Below, piece by piece: positions 8,900 through 17,657 of a stretch of 58,852 nt of DNA. The stretch's first letter is position 1; every line of letters begins with the position of its first letter. The position numbers and the translations under genes were made by a program. The DNA lies in the NCBI GenBank assembly GCA_028866135.1, contig JAGWIS010000002.1, positions 1 through 58,852 of the forward strand. Direction: 5' to 3'. Under the pieces are notes generated by a model. The model had not been told where the DNA came from, made no database searches, and was given only the letters and a program-made list of their open reading frames with translations. This DNA is from Patescibacteria group bacterium (GTDB lineage Bacteria > Patescibacteriota > Minisyncoccia > Phycocordibacterales > Phycocordibacteraceae).

Positions 8900-9451
8900 A
8901 TGTCCAAAGTTCATTTCCTTAAAACCGCGCTGCAGGACTACAAAGTCGGAGCGCTTACGCCGAGCTCTCCGTTTGTCGTGAGGCAGATCGTAAAAAGGCT
9001 TCCGCGTCATTCGCGGGCGTGCATCGTCGAGTACGGAGCGGGAGACGGCGTTATCACCAAAGCGCTTTTGGAACATATGCCCCGCGATGGAAAACTCGTG
9101 GCCATCGAGATGAATCCGCACTTCGTCGCGCTCCTTAAGAAAATCCATGATCCGCGGCTGCAGGTGATACACGGGAACGTCCTGAAAGTCTGCAACGACC
9201 TCTCCAATTTGAAGCTTCCGCGCATCGACGCCGTCGTCTCCGGCATCCCATTTTCCTTCTTCAGTCCGAGCGAGCGGGAATTCGTGGCAGAGCACACCTT
9301 TCGAAATCTCTCGGAGCATGGCCGCTTCATTCTCTACCAAATCTCTCCGCTCATGCTTCCGTGCCTCAAAAGATATTTTAAGAAGAAAGTGGAACTATCG
9401 CTCGAAGTCCGCAATTTCCCTCCGTACGTCATCCTCGCAGCCGAAAAATAA
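8900..9451 (+). CDS. Class I SAM-dependent methyltransferase (rRNA adenine dimethylase / PmtA-like fold)
   Basis: SAM-binding motif VEYGAGDGVITKAL, an acidic residue after beta-2 (VAIEMN), and the motif IV-like VVSGIPF. Confidence 0.8.
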   Translation: MSKVHFLKTALQDYKVGALTPSSPFVVRQIVKRLPRHSRACIVEYGAGDGVITKALLEHMPRDGKLVAIEMNPHFVALLKKIHDPRLQVIHGNVLKVCNDLSNLKLPRIDAVVSGIPFSFFSPSEREFVAEHTFRNLSEHGRFILYQISPLMLPCLKRYFKKKVELSLEVRNFPPYVILAAEK

Positions 9452-9456
9452 TCGAG

Positions 9457-11763
9457 TTATTCCAAATGCATTTCGCGGTCAGCGGTGAGGGCACGCTCGG
9501 CGAGGACGGGATGATTTTTTAGTGTCGGATCGGCGGCGATGAGCTTCGCCGCTTCGGCGCGGGCGGCTTCCACTAATTTTATATTTTTGAGCGCTTCCAT
9601 CGCGATGTCGGAGACGCCCCACTGCCTGCCGCCGACGAGCTCGCCCGCGCCCCGGAGCGCGAGGTCGTACTCGGCGAGCTCAAAGCCGTTTTTTGCCGAG
9701 ACGAAGGCTTTCATGCGTTCTTTCGTTGCCGGGCCGAATGACCCAGGCAGTGCGAAGCAGTACGACTGGTGTGTGGAGCGAATGACTCGCCCGCGCAGCT
9801 GGTGGAGCTGCGCGAGCCCGAAGCGCTCGGCGCCCTCGATGAGGATGACGGTCGCGTTTGGCACGTTTACCCCCACTTCGACCACCGAGGTCGCGACGAG
9901 GATATCTATGTCTCCTTTCTCGAATCGATTCATTACGGCTTCTTTCTCGGCCGGCTTCATCTTGCTGTGGAGGATGTCGATGCGCGCGTCGGGGAATACG
10001 ACTTTTTGGAGTCGTGCCGCTTCTGCTTTGACCGACTTCGCTTGGAGCGCGAGCTCTTTGGCCGGGTCCGGCTCGTCGATGCGCGGGCAGATGACGTATG
10101 CCTGGTGGCCTGCCGCGAGCTCGGCGCGCACGCGCTCGTACGCCTGCTCGCGCTTCTTCGGATCGAGCACGTCGGTGATGACTCTCTTCCGGCCCGCAGG
10201 CATTTCGTCGAGGATGGTGAGGTCGAGGTCGCCGTAGATGGTGAGCGCGAGCGTGCGCGGGATGGGCGTCGCCGTCATTGAGAGCAGGTGCGGTGCGATA
10301 GCGCCTTTGGTCGCGAGCTTTTGCCGATGCATGGTGCCGAAGCGGTGCTGCTCGTCGATGATGGCGTACGCGAAGTACTTGAATGAAAGCGATTTCTCGA
10401 TGAGCGCGTGCGTGCCGATGACGATCGGGATTTCGCCGTTCGCGACCATTTTCTTGAATGCCGCTTTGGAGAGCTTCGCGGATTCTTCATAACGAATCTT
10501 CGAAGGAAATTTCCGGCACTCGCTTCCGGTGATGAGACCGATAGGAATCGGGTGATCTTTGAAATACGACACGAAGGTCGAGAAGTGCTGTTTCGCAAGG
10601 ATTTCAGTGGGGCATAAGTACGCGACTTGGAGGTACCCGCCTCGAACATGTCCAAAAGTTCCATCTGCCGCGTTGCGGGTCCTACCGATTTCCTCCGTCG
10701 TACTATTCAGTACGTCTCCAGAAATCGGCTGCCCGCGCCTTGCGTCTGGAAACTTTTTTCCACGTTCGAATATTTTCGGAGGTAGGGAAGTAACCACCAA
10801 ATATGCGGTCGCGGCAGCGACCGCGGTTTTTCCGCTCCCCACATCGCCCTCGAGGAGGCGGAGCATGGGGTGCGGCTTCTCGAAGTCGGTAACGATGGCT
10901 TCTATTGCGCGCATCTGCGCGTCGGTCGCCGGGAAAGGGAACGACGCGATGAAATCTGCGAGCGCACTGCGATCGACCGCGACCGGGAGGGCTTTTTCTT
11001 GCAGAAGCGCTTTTCGGCGCCGTTGCATCACTATCTGGAGCGCAAACACCTCTTCAAATGCGAAACGCTTCCGGGCCGCTGCCGCATCATTGAGTTGCCG
11101 CGGCGCGTGTATGAAGACGAGTGCGGAAGAAAGCGTTGGCAAGTTGTAGCGCTTGAGAATCTCGCCTGGAATCGGATCGGCGATGCGCTCGTGCGCATTC
11201 GTCTCAAAAATTTTCCTGACCGCATGCAGAAACCAGAGCGACGACACTCCCTGGCTCTCCGGATAAATCGGATACAGAGACGTATCCAAGGTCGAACCTT
11301 GTAACAAGGTTCGACCTTGTTGAAAGAGCGAGTCGTGTACGGCATCCGGTGCAACGGGAGACTTATCTATTTCCGGATTCGCGAGGTAGAGCTTTGCGCC
11401 TGCGCCACCGATTTTCCCGCTCACTTTCACTACCATGCCGTCATGGAGCGTCTTCGCGATGTAGGGCTGGCTAAACCACATCATCTTTATTCTTCCCGAG
11501 GCATCCTCGAGCCACGCCTCGGCTATGGGCCGGCGGCTCTTCCAGGTCTTGCGCACGTCGGGCTTGCGCACCGTGCCGTAGAGCGTCACTTCGGCGCCTG
11601 GAGCCACGCCGGCGATGGTCCCCGTCGGTCCGGCGTTTTCGTAGCGGGCGGGGAAGTGGTAGAGGAGATCGCGGATGGTGCGGATGCCGAGCTTATGGAG
11701 CGCCCGCTTCTGCTCCGGCTTCAGCCGCGTAAAGTGCTTTTCGACAATATCCTCCGGATTCAC
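9457..11763 (-). CDS. recG: ATP-dependent DNA helicase RecG, carrying in-frame repeat insertions
   Basis: Wedge domain, GDVGSGKT, PTEILAKQH, DEQHRFG, SMTATPIPRT and QLHQLRGRVIR motifs; 768 aa. Confidence 0.93.
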   Translation of the reverse strand: MNPEDIVEKHFTRLKPEQKRALHKLGIRTIRDLLYHFPARYENAGPTGTIAGVAPGAEVTLYGTVRKPDVRKTWKSRRPIAEAWLEDASGRIKMMWFSQPYIAKTLHDGMVVKVSGKIGGAGAKLYLANPEIDKSPVAPDAVHDSLFQQGRTLLQGSTLDTSLYPIYPESQGVSSLWFLHAVRKIFETNAHERIADPIPGEILKRYNLPTLSSALVFIHAPRQLNDAAAARKRFAFEEVFALQIVMQRRRKALLQEKALPVAVDRSALADFIASFPFPATDAQMRAIEAIVTDFEKPHPMLRLLEGDVGSGKTAVAAATAYLVVTSLPPKIFERGKKFPDARRGQPISGDVLNSTTEEIGRTRNAADGTFGHVRGGYLQVAYLCPTEILAKQHFSTFVSYFKDHPIPIGLITGSECRKFPSKIRYEESAKLSKAAFKKMVANGEIPIVIGTHALIEKSLSFKYFAYAIIDEQHRFGTMHRQKLATKGAIAPHLLSMTATPIPRTLALTIYGDLDLTILDEMPAGRKRVITDVLDPKKREQAYERVRAELAAGHQAYVICPRIDEPDPAKELALQAKSVKAEAARLQKVVFPDARIDILHSKMKPAEKEAVMNRFEKGDIDILVATSVVEVGVNVPNATVILIEGAERFGLAQLHQLRGRVIRSTHQSYCFALPGSFGPATKERMKAFVSAKNGFELAEYDLALRGAGELVGGRQWGVSDIAMEALKNIKLVEAARAEAAKLIAADPTLKNHPVLAERALTADREMHLE
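10662..10749. repeat. About 88-nt palindromic repeat inside the recG coding sequence; a second copy lies at 28320-28408
   Basis: The two copies share a 24-nt identical block, ctccagaaatcggctgcccgcgcc, and are about 80 percent identical overall by eye. Internal inverted repeat ccgatttc / gaaatcgg. Confidence 0.7.
11287..11319. repeat. Perfect 15-bp-stem hairpin (CAAGGTCGAACCTTG-TAA-CAAGGTTCGACCTTG) inside the recG coding sequence
   Basis: Read directly. The same core ACAAGGTYSRACCTTGT occurs at 28503-28521 and 43604-43624. Confidence 0.75.
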
Positions 11764-11788
11764 TTCCGTAGTATACTAGCGGTCTCGT

Positions 11789-12925
11789 ATGGATGCGAAA
11801 TCAAAGAAGATACTGGCGGCTTTTAAGAAGCAGGGCGCGCGCATCGAGACGGCTGCAAGGGTAAAGCTTGCAGGAAAGCCCGACTTCTCGCTCTGGTACA
11901 CGCCGGGCGTCGGCGTTGCGTCCACGTACCTCGCGAAGCATCCGGAAGATGCGAGGAAATTGTCCGTAAAGAAGAACAGCGTCGCCGTCATCTCCGATGG
12001 CTCTGCTGTGCTCGGCCTCGGCAACATCGGCCCCTATGGCGCGCTTCCGGTGATGGAAGGGAAGGCGCTCATATTTAAAGAGAAGGCGAACGTCGATGCG
12101 TGGCCGCTTGTCCTCGACACTCAGGATCCGGACGAGATCGTGCGGATAGTGAAAGCCGTCGCGCCGTCCTTTGGCGGCATCAATCTCGAAGACATCGCCG
12201 CGCCCAACTGCTTCGACATTGAGCGGCGCCTCGTCGAGGAGCTCGACATTCCGGTGATGCACGACGATCAGCACGGCACGGCCATCGTCGTGCTTGCGGG
12301 GCTTCTGAACGCGGCGAAAGTCGCAAAGAAGAATTTCAAGACGTTGAAGGTGGTCGTGAGCGGGGCGGGGGCGGCCGGCACCGCAGTTGCAAAATTGCTC
12401 ATGCTCGCGGGCATCAAAGACATCACTCTCCTCGATCGCGCGGGGACGCTCTACGCCGGCCGCAAAGGTATGAACACGCACAAAGCCGAGCTCGCCGCGC
12501 TCACGAATCCGCGCGGCGTGAAAGGCGGGCTCGCCGAAGCGATGCGGGGCGCGGACGTATTCATCGGCGTCTCCGGCAAAGGGCTCTTGAAGGCCGAGCA
12601 AGTGGCCTCGATGGCGCCGCGAAGCATCGTCTTTGCGATGGCGAATCCCGACCCTGAAATCCTTCCGGATGAGGCCAAGAAAGCGGGCGCGCTCGTGGTC
12701 GCCACCGGCCGCTCCGACTTCCCGAATCAGATAAATAACGCTCTCGTCTTTCCGGGTATCTTCCGCGGCGCGCTCGACCGCGGCGTGTCGAAGATTACCG
12801 AGACCACGAAGCTCCGCGCCGCTCGCGCGCTCGCGGCGCTCGTCGGCAAGCCGACTGCGAGTCACATCATCCCCGACCTCCTTGACCCGAGGGTGGTAAA
12901 GGCCGTCGCGCGCGCCGTGCGCTAG
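11789..12925 (+). CDS. NAD(P)-dependent malic enzyme (short prokaryotic type)
   Basis: YTPGV, GLGNIGP, DDQHGTA and the GAGAAG dinucleotide-binding motif; 378 aa. Confidence 0.9.
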   Translation: MDAKSKKILAAFKKQGARIETAARVKLAGKPDFSLWYTPGVGVASTYLAKHPEDARKLSVKKNSVAVISDGSAVLGLGNIGPYGALPVMEGKALIFKEKANVDAWPLVLDTQDPDEIVRIVKAVAPSFGGINLEDIAAPNCFDIERRLVEELDIPVMHDDQHGTAIVVLAGLLNAAKVAKKNFKTLKVVVSGAGAAGTAVAKLLMLAGIKDITLLDRAGTLYAGRKGMNTHKAELAALTNPRGVKGGLAEAMRGADVFIGVSGKGLLKAEQVASMAPRSIVFAMANPDPEILPDEAKKAGALVVATGRSDFPNQINNALVFPGIFRGALDRGVSKITETTKLRAARALAALVGKPTASHIIPDLLDPRVVKAVARAVR

Positions 12926-12943
12926 TTTTGCTATAATCCGCGT

Positions 12944-13504
12944 ATGTCTACCACCACCATCATTCTCATCGTCATCGCGATTATCGTGCTCTGGGTTATT
13001 AGCGCGTACAACCGCCTCGTTACGCTCGTGAATCAGGCAAAGGAAGCCTGGGCCGATATCGCCGTCCAGCTGAAGCGCCGCTACGATCTCATCCCGAATC
13101 TCGTCGAGACGGTGAAAGGATACGCCGCGCACGAATCAAGCGCGTTTGAAAACGTGACGAAAGCGCGCGCGGCCGCGATGGGCGCCTCCGCTCCCGCTGC
13201 TAAAGCGCAGGCCGAGAATCAGCTCTCGGGCGCTCTCAAAACGCTCTTCGCCGTTTCCGAAGCGTATCCGGATCTCAAAGCGAATCAGAATTTCCTCCAG
13301 CTCCAGCGGGAGCTCGGCGACACCGAAGACAAGATTCAGGCCTCCCGCCGCTTTTACAACACGACCGTGATGACGCTCAACACTGCGGAGCAATCCTTCC
13401 CCGGCAATCTCATCGCCTCGTCATTTGGCTTCACGCCGATGGATCTTTTTGAGCTTTCCGCCGCAGACGCCGCGGCTTCCGAGCCAGTAAAGGTTAGTTT
13501 TTAG
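12944..13504 (+). CDS. lemA: LemA family protein
   Basis: N-terminal transmembrane segment, YNRLV, RRYDLIPNLV, YPDLKAN and RRFYN motifs. Confidence 0.9.
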   Translation: MSTTTIILIVIAIIVLWVISAYNRLVTLVNQAKEAWADIAVQLKRRYDLIPNLVETVKGYAAHESSAFENVTKARAAAMGASAPAAKAQAENQLSGALKTLFAVSEAYPDLKANQNFLQLQRELGDTEDKIQASRRFYNTTVMTLNTAEQSFPGNLIASSFGFTPMDLFELSAADAAASEPVKVSF

Positions 13505-13530
13505 CCACTAGGGAATGGCCACTAGTGAAA

Positions 13531-13890
13531 ATGCAGTCATACAAAGATCTCATCGTTTGGCAGAAGGGAATCGATCTTGTAGCCTCGGTTTATAAACTTA
13601 CCGATCGGTTCCCGAAATCGGAACAATTCGGCCTTGTCAGTCAAATGCGGCGCGCCTCCGTTTCCATTCCTTCAAACCTTGCCGAGGGGTACGCGCGCAA
13701 GCATCGGGCCGAATATCTTCAGTTCGTGCGTATAGCTTTCGGTTCTGGCGCCGAGCTCGAGACACAATTGATCATCGCGAAAAAACTCGGATTCGCGCAA
13801 AGCAAGGACCTCACGGTCATCATGTCCTTGCTCGACGAGATCATGCGCATGCTGAATAAGTTTTCTTCCTCCCTAATGGCTAAACCCTAA
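13531..13890 (+). CDS. Four-helix-bundle protein (23S rRNA intervening-sequence protein family)
   Basis: YKDLIVWQK, FPK.E.FGL.SQ.RRA..SI.SN.AEG and G.E..TQL motifs. Start taken at the ATG at 13531 (the track GTG is at 13525). Confidence 0.85.
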   Translation: MQSYKDLIVWQKGIDLVASVYKLTDRFPKSEQFGLVSQMRRASVSIPSNLAEGYARKHRAEYLQFVRIAFGSGAELETQLIIAKKLGFAQSKDLTVIMSLLDEIMRMLNKFSSSLMAKP

Positions 13891-14801
13891 TGGCTATGAA
13901 CTTGTATCAGCAGCGGTCGAGCAATATCCGACGGACCTGGGCGCTCGTGTTCGGGTTCCTGATTGTCGTCATCGCGGTGGGGTACGCCGTCTCCTGGTAC
14001 TACGGCAATCCATCCATTCTCTACATTGCGGTCGTCATTGCGTTTGCGACCAATTTCTACGCATACTGGGCCTCGGATAAACTTGTGCTCTCTCTGAACC
14101 ATGCCCGTCCGGCGACCCGGGAGGAATTTTTCGATTACTACACCGTCGTCGAGAATCTCTCCATTGCTGCCGGCCTGCCGAAGCCGAAGCTCTACGTGAT
14201 CGACGATCCGGCGCCAAATGCGTTTGCCACCGGGCGTGATGAAAAGCATGCGGTCGTCTGCGCAACGACCGGCCTGCTTTCCATGATGACCCGCGCCGAG
14301 CTCGAGGGCGTCATCGGCCACGAGCTCTCGCACATCAAGAATCGCGACATGCTCCTCATGACGATCGCGGTCGTGCTCGCCGGCTTCGTCGCCATAGTTG
14401 CAGACATCTTCCTCCGCATGTCGTTCTGGGGCGGCGGGCAGCGCGACGATCGCCAGGGTGGAAACAATGCTCTTCTTATGATTCTCGCGGTCGTCGGCAT
14501 CGTGCTCGCGCCTATTGCCGCAAAGCTCATCGAGCTCGCCGTCTCGCGCCGCCGCGAATTCCTCGCCGACGCTTCCGGCGTCCTCCTCACGCGCTATCCG
14601 GAAGGACTCGCCTCCGCGCTCCGGAAGATCGGCAGCTATGCCTCGCCGATGCAAAACGCAAACGCCGCCACTGCGCACCTCTTCATCGGCGATCCCTTCG
14701 GGGCGAAGCCCGCGGGGAGCGCGGGCTGGCTCGAGCGGATGTTCTCCACGCACCCGCCGATACCGGACCGTATCAAGGCGCTCCTTAATTCGCAAGCCTA
14801 A
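13890..14801 (+). CDS. htpX: Zinc metalloprotease HtpX (M48 family)
   Basis: HELSHIKNRD (HExxH) motif, four transmembrane segments, and a C-terminal STHPPIPDRI motif. Confidence 0.9.
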   Translation: MAMNLYQQRSSNIRRTWALVFGFLIVVIAVGYAVSWYYGNPSILYIAVVIAFATNFYAYWASDKLVLSLNHARPATREEFFDYYTVVENLSIAAGLPKPKLYVIDDPAPNAFATGRDEKHAVVCATTGLLSMMTRAELEGVIGHELSHIKNRDMLLMTIAVVLAGFVAIVADIFLRMSFWGGGQRDDRQGGNNALLMILAVVGIVLAPIAAKLIELAVSRRREFLADASGVLLTRYPEGLASALRKIGSYASPMQNANAATAHLFIGDPFGAKPAGSAGWLERMFSTHPPIPDRIKALLNSQA

Positions 14802-14855
14802 TTTCAGGATTTTTTAGAAAATGTTTATTTGGTACTAGACCAAGTGTTATTATGT

Positions 14856-15491
14856 ATGGGTATGCGATCGGATACCCCTCTTAAATATCCGAAGAAGAGC
14901 CATCGCAAGACGGTCCGCATACCGAGACCGTCGCAATCGCTCGCAGAATTTTTCGGCATCATGTTAGGTGATGGGGGCATCAACAATCTCTGGCAGGCGA
15001 ACATCACGATGAATTCCGTCGAAGATGCGGAGTATGCACTCTATGTACAGAAACTCATAGAAAATCTTTTCGGCATCTTGCCGCCGGTTCGGAAACGAAA
15101 GGGGCGCAACGCGGTCGTCATATCGGCCGCAAGCACCACGCTCGTCGATTTCCTGGTCGAGAAAGGTCTCCCACGCGGTAACAAACTCAAAAACGGAGTG
15201 TGTATACCGGATTGGGTCCTTGAGAAATGCTCTTACCGTGTCGCGTGCGTACGAGGGTTGATGGATACGGACGGTTGCCTGTTCATACATTCGCACCGAA
15301 CAGGAGGGAAGAGGTATGAGAACATCGGGCTCTGCTTTACCAGCTATTCTCCAAAGATGCTTGGGCAGGTCGCGGGGGTATTTGAAGAATTCGGGATTAT
15401 GCCGCATATTGGTAGTCAGGGACGCAGTATCTACCTGTATCGGGCAGATGCCGTCGCTAAGTATCTGAAGGTGTTTAGTACGTCTATATAG
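14856..15491 (+). CDS. Free-standing double-motif LAGLIDADG homing-endonuclease-like protein
   Basis: Two LAGLIDADG motifs, FFGIMLGDGG and VRGLMDTDGC. Lies in an AT-richer segment directly upstream of tRNA-Ser. Confidence 0.8.
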   Translation: MGMRSDTPLKYPKKSHRKTVRIPRPSQSLAEFFGIMLGDGGINNLWQANITMNSVEDAEYALYVQKLIENLFGILPPVRKRKGRNAVVISAASTTLVDFLVEKGLPRGNKLKNGVCIPDWVLEKCSYRVACVRGLMDTDGCLFIHSHRTGGKRYENIGLCFTSYSPKMLGQVAGVFEEFGIMPHIGSQGRSIYLYRADAVAKYLKVFSTSI

Positions 15492-15532
15492 ACGGATTAG
15501 TTCGCTGCATGAAAAATGGAAGAGTGCACACG

Positions 15533-15621
15533 GAGGCGTCGGATAGCGGTTTATTCCACCGCCTTGGAAAGGCGGCAGGCTCGAAAGGGTCTCGAGAGTT
15601 CGAATCTCTCCGCCTCCGCCA
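15533..15621 (+). tRNA. tRNA-Ser (anticodon GGA), CCA encoded
   Basis: Acceptor GGAGGCG/CGCCUCC, anticodon arm CCGCC-UUGGAAA-GGCGG, long variable arm, T-arm GAGAG-UUCGAAU-CUCUC. Confidence 0.9.
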
Positions 15622-15653
15622 GGGATACTTTTTATCGGAGAGACCCGAGTGCC

Positions 15654-16967
15654 TTATTTTAAGCCGTCGTTTGGAACGGTTCGAATCCCGTTGCGGTTCG
15701 ACCGCGAAGGGATTCGAACTTTTATGCGCCATTGTAGGATAGCTAGATCGGCGAATAATGGTTCGAGTTCAACGACGAAAGCGCGGCGCTTGAGTTGATG
15801 CGCCGCGACGAGCGTGCTGCCGCTTCCCGAGAAGGAATCCAGAATAATTTCACCCGGACGCGTACACCTACGAATAGCCCGCTCGTGAAGCTGGGGCGGT
15901 TTAGCCGTTGCATGAGTGTATTCGTTGCCCGGTAGCCGCTTGGCGAGCCATATATCAAGCATGTCGAGAATGTCGTCGGCGAGGCGGTTGCCGGTGCCCG
16001 TTTCTTTGTTCATCACCTCGTTCAGATTCTCAAGGCCTTTGGCGAGATAAGGGGTTCCACGAGTCGCATAGACGGTCGGTTCGTAGCACTTCGAGAACGC
16101 GACCCGCGGGGTCATATTGATCCCATTTTTTATCCACAAGCAGACCCGTCGATTCTTAAGGCCGAGTTCCTCGAATAATTCTTGGATTAGACCGATCTGG
16201 CTTTGGTCGTTCCAGTAGAAGACGTGCGCGTCGTCCTTGGTGACGGCGAGTGCCGCCTCCATGCTTTTTTTGAGGAACTCGCGGTACTCGGACTTCGTGC
16301 GTTTGTCATTTACCGAACCGCCGTATGACTGCTTGCCGCCGAGGCCGCGATCATAGTCGATGGAAAGGTTGTACACGGGGTCGCTGTATATCATCGACGC
16401 GCGTTCCTTGCCGAAGAGTTTCTTCAGCACCGCCGGATCGGTGGAATCGCCAACAATCAATCGATGCGGTCCCAACTGGTACAGGTCGCCGACCTTGCTT
16501 TTGGGCTTCTTGATTTTCGCCTTTTCCTTTTCTTCGTCCCAATCGTCGTCTTCGACTTCAAGTTGAGCGTCCCACATCTCGGACAGCACGCTTTCGTCCA
16601 TGCCGATATCCATCAAGAACTGGGGGTCGAAAGCTTCGAGTTTGTCGATATCCCAGGTGCCACCGAGCGCGTTGCTGGCAATCAGATACCGCCGTTCTTC
16701 TTCCGCTGTAAGCAGCCTGCTTGGTACCCGAACGTCTATCATTTCGTCACCTCTGCCAAGTTGTATCATCGCTTGACGGCGCTGATTACCGGCAAGCATT
16801 CTCATATTGAGATTTATGGCGATGATCTCTGCATAGCCGAGTTTATCGATATTGCACATAAGGTCGGCCATCTGTTTTACCGAGATCGTTCTCGGATTAT
16901 CCGGATGCGGTATTAAGTCGGAGACGCGCCGTTGTTCCGTGTGCCACACTATTTTTGGTTTTTTCAT
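15654..16967 (-). CDS. ParB-like nuclease domain fused to a beta-class N6A/N4C DNA methyltransferase
   Basis: N-terminal ParB box (LIPHPDNPR ... GNQRRQA), motif IV SDPVYN, then motif I DSFSGSGST. Motif IV preceding motif I indicates the beta class. Confidence 0.85.
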   Translation of the reverse strand: MKKPKIVWHTEQRRVSDLIPHPDNPRTISVKQMADLMCNIDKLGYAEIIAINLNMRMLAGNQRRQAMIQLGRGDEMIDVRVPSRLLTAEEERRYLIASNALGGTWDIDKLEAFDPQFLMDIGMDESVLSEMWDAQLEVEDDDWDEEKEKAKIKKPKSKVGDLYQLGPHRLIVGDSTDPAVLKKLFGKERASMIYSDPVYNLSIDYDRGLGGKQSYGGSVNDKRTKSEYREFLKKSMEAALAVTKDDAHVFYWNDQSQIGLIQELFEELGLKNRRVCLWIKNGINMTPRVAFSKCYEPTVYATRGTPYLAKGLENLNEVMNKETGTGNRLADDILDMLDIWLAKRLPGNEYTHATAKPPQLHERAIRRCTRPGEIILDSFSGSGSTLVAAHQLKRRAFVVELEPLFADLAILQWRIKVRIPSRSNRNGIRTVPNDGLK

Positions 16968-17435
16968 ACCGAGTAGAGCTGATTGAGTAAACGATAATCA
17001 GCCGTGCCCGGAATTCGACGACTAGAGATGCAAAAACCTGTCGCAGATTTCCGAGCCCAGGGAGGTTTTGCCTTGCGGCAAAACAACAACGTAATTTCCC
17101 CTTCAGCTTCGAAATCTACGACAGGCTTTTCAGCACCGCGTAACATGGTAACGATACTCTCATTGGTCCAGCGTGCAATGTGGATAACTTTGGTCCCGCT
17201 AAATATGCCGTACTTACAGCACGTTCTTGAAAAAACGTTACCAGTCCAATAACCCTTAAGGGGCCTAACATTCGTAACATTTGGAAAATCGACCCGCGAC
17301 CCGAGTGCATCGGAATGGCCGAGTAAAATGCGCTAAAATACCCTTATGGTGCTTGGCCTCAAAATCTTGAATCCCGAGTAGCCCGCAAAATAAGAAGCTG
17401 TGAGCGAAAGCTCGCGGCGACTATATTTTGCGAGA

Positions 17436-17577
17436 AGGCGGAGAGATTTGAACGCCGGAGCATGTTTCAGCCAGCAGGCTGAAACAGCGAGGCGGTGCCT
17501 AGCCCGAGGATGAGCGACGGCGAATCCGAGAGGCGAAGGAGAAAAGCGTAATCGCGGTCTCTCCACCTCCGCCCGAA
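17436..17577 (-). pseudogene. tRNA-Ser-like remnant (degenerate; T-arm and anticodon arm do not fold)
   Basis: The minus strand ends TTCAAATCTCTCCGCCTTC, compared with TTCGAATCTCTCCGCCTCC in tRNA-Ser(GGA). The 5' GGAGGTG can pair with CGCCTTC. The length of about 140 nt is far too long for a tRNA. Confidence 0.3.
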
Positions 17578-17657
17578 GTATTTAGTATCGGAGGTATGCG
17601 GACGCATATCCCAACGATGCGCCGTGGACGCATTGGAGGTATAGTTATGATGAGATT

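Noticed and set aside
11801-13132. 443-aa minus-strand ORF. Similar long antisense ORFs occur at 23352-24866, 25895-27313, 31056-32639, 38060-39142, 41276-42418, 43347-44024, 48996-49994, 54440-55228, 55622-56899 and 55857-56960.
   Set aside because: These lie antisense or out of frame to genes with clear motifs (malic enzyme, FAD oxidoreductase, NrdJ, O-antigen ligase/MurJ, ValRS, TsaD, GT2, FtsZ). Their products are Arg/Ala/Gly/Asp-rich and low in complexity. They are typical shadow ORFs in high-GC DNA.
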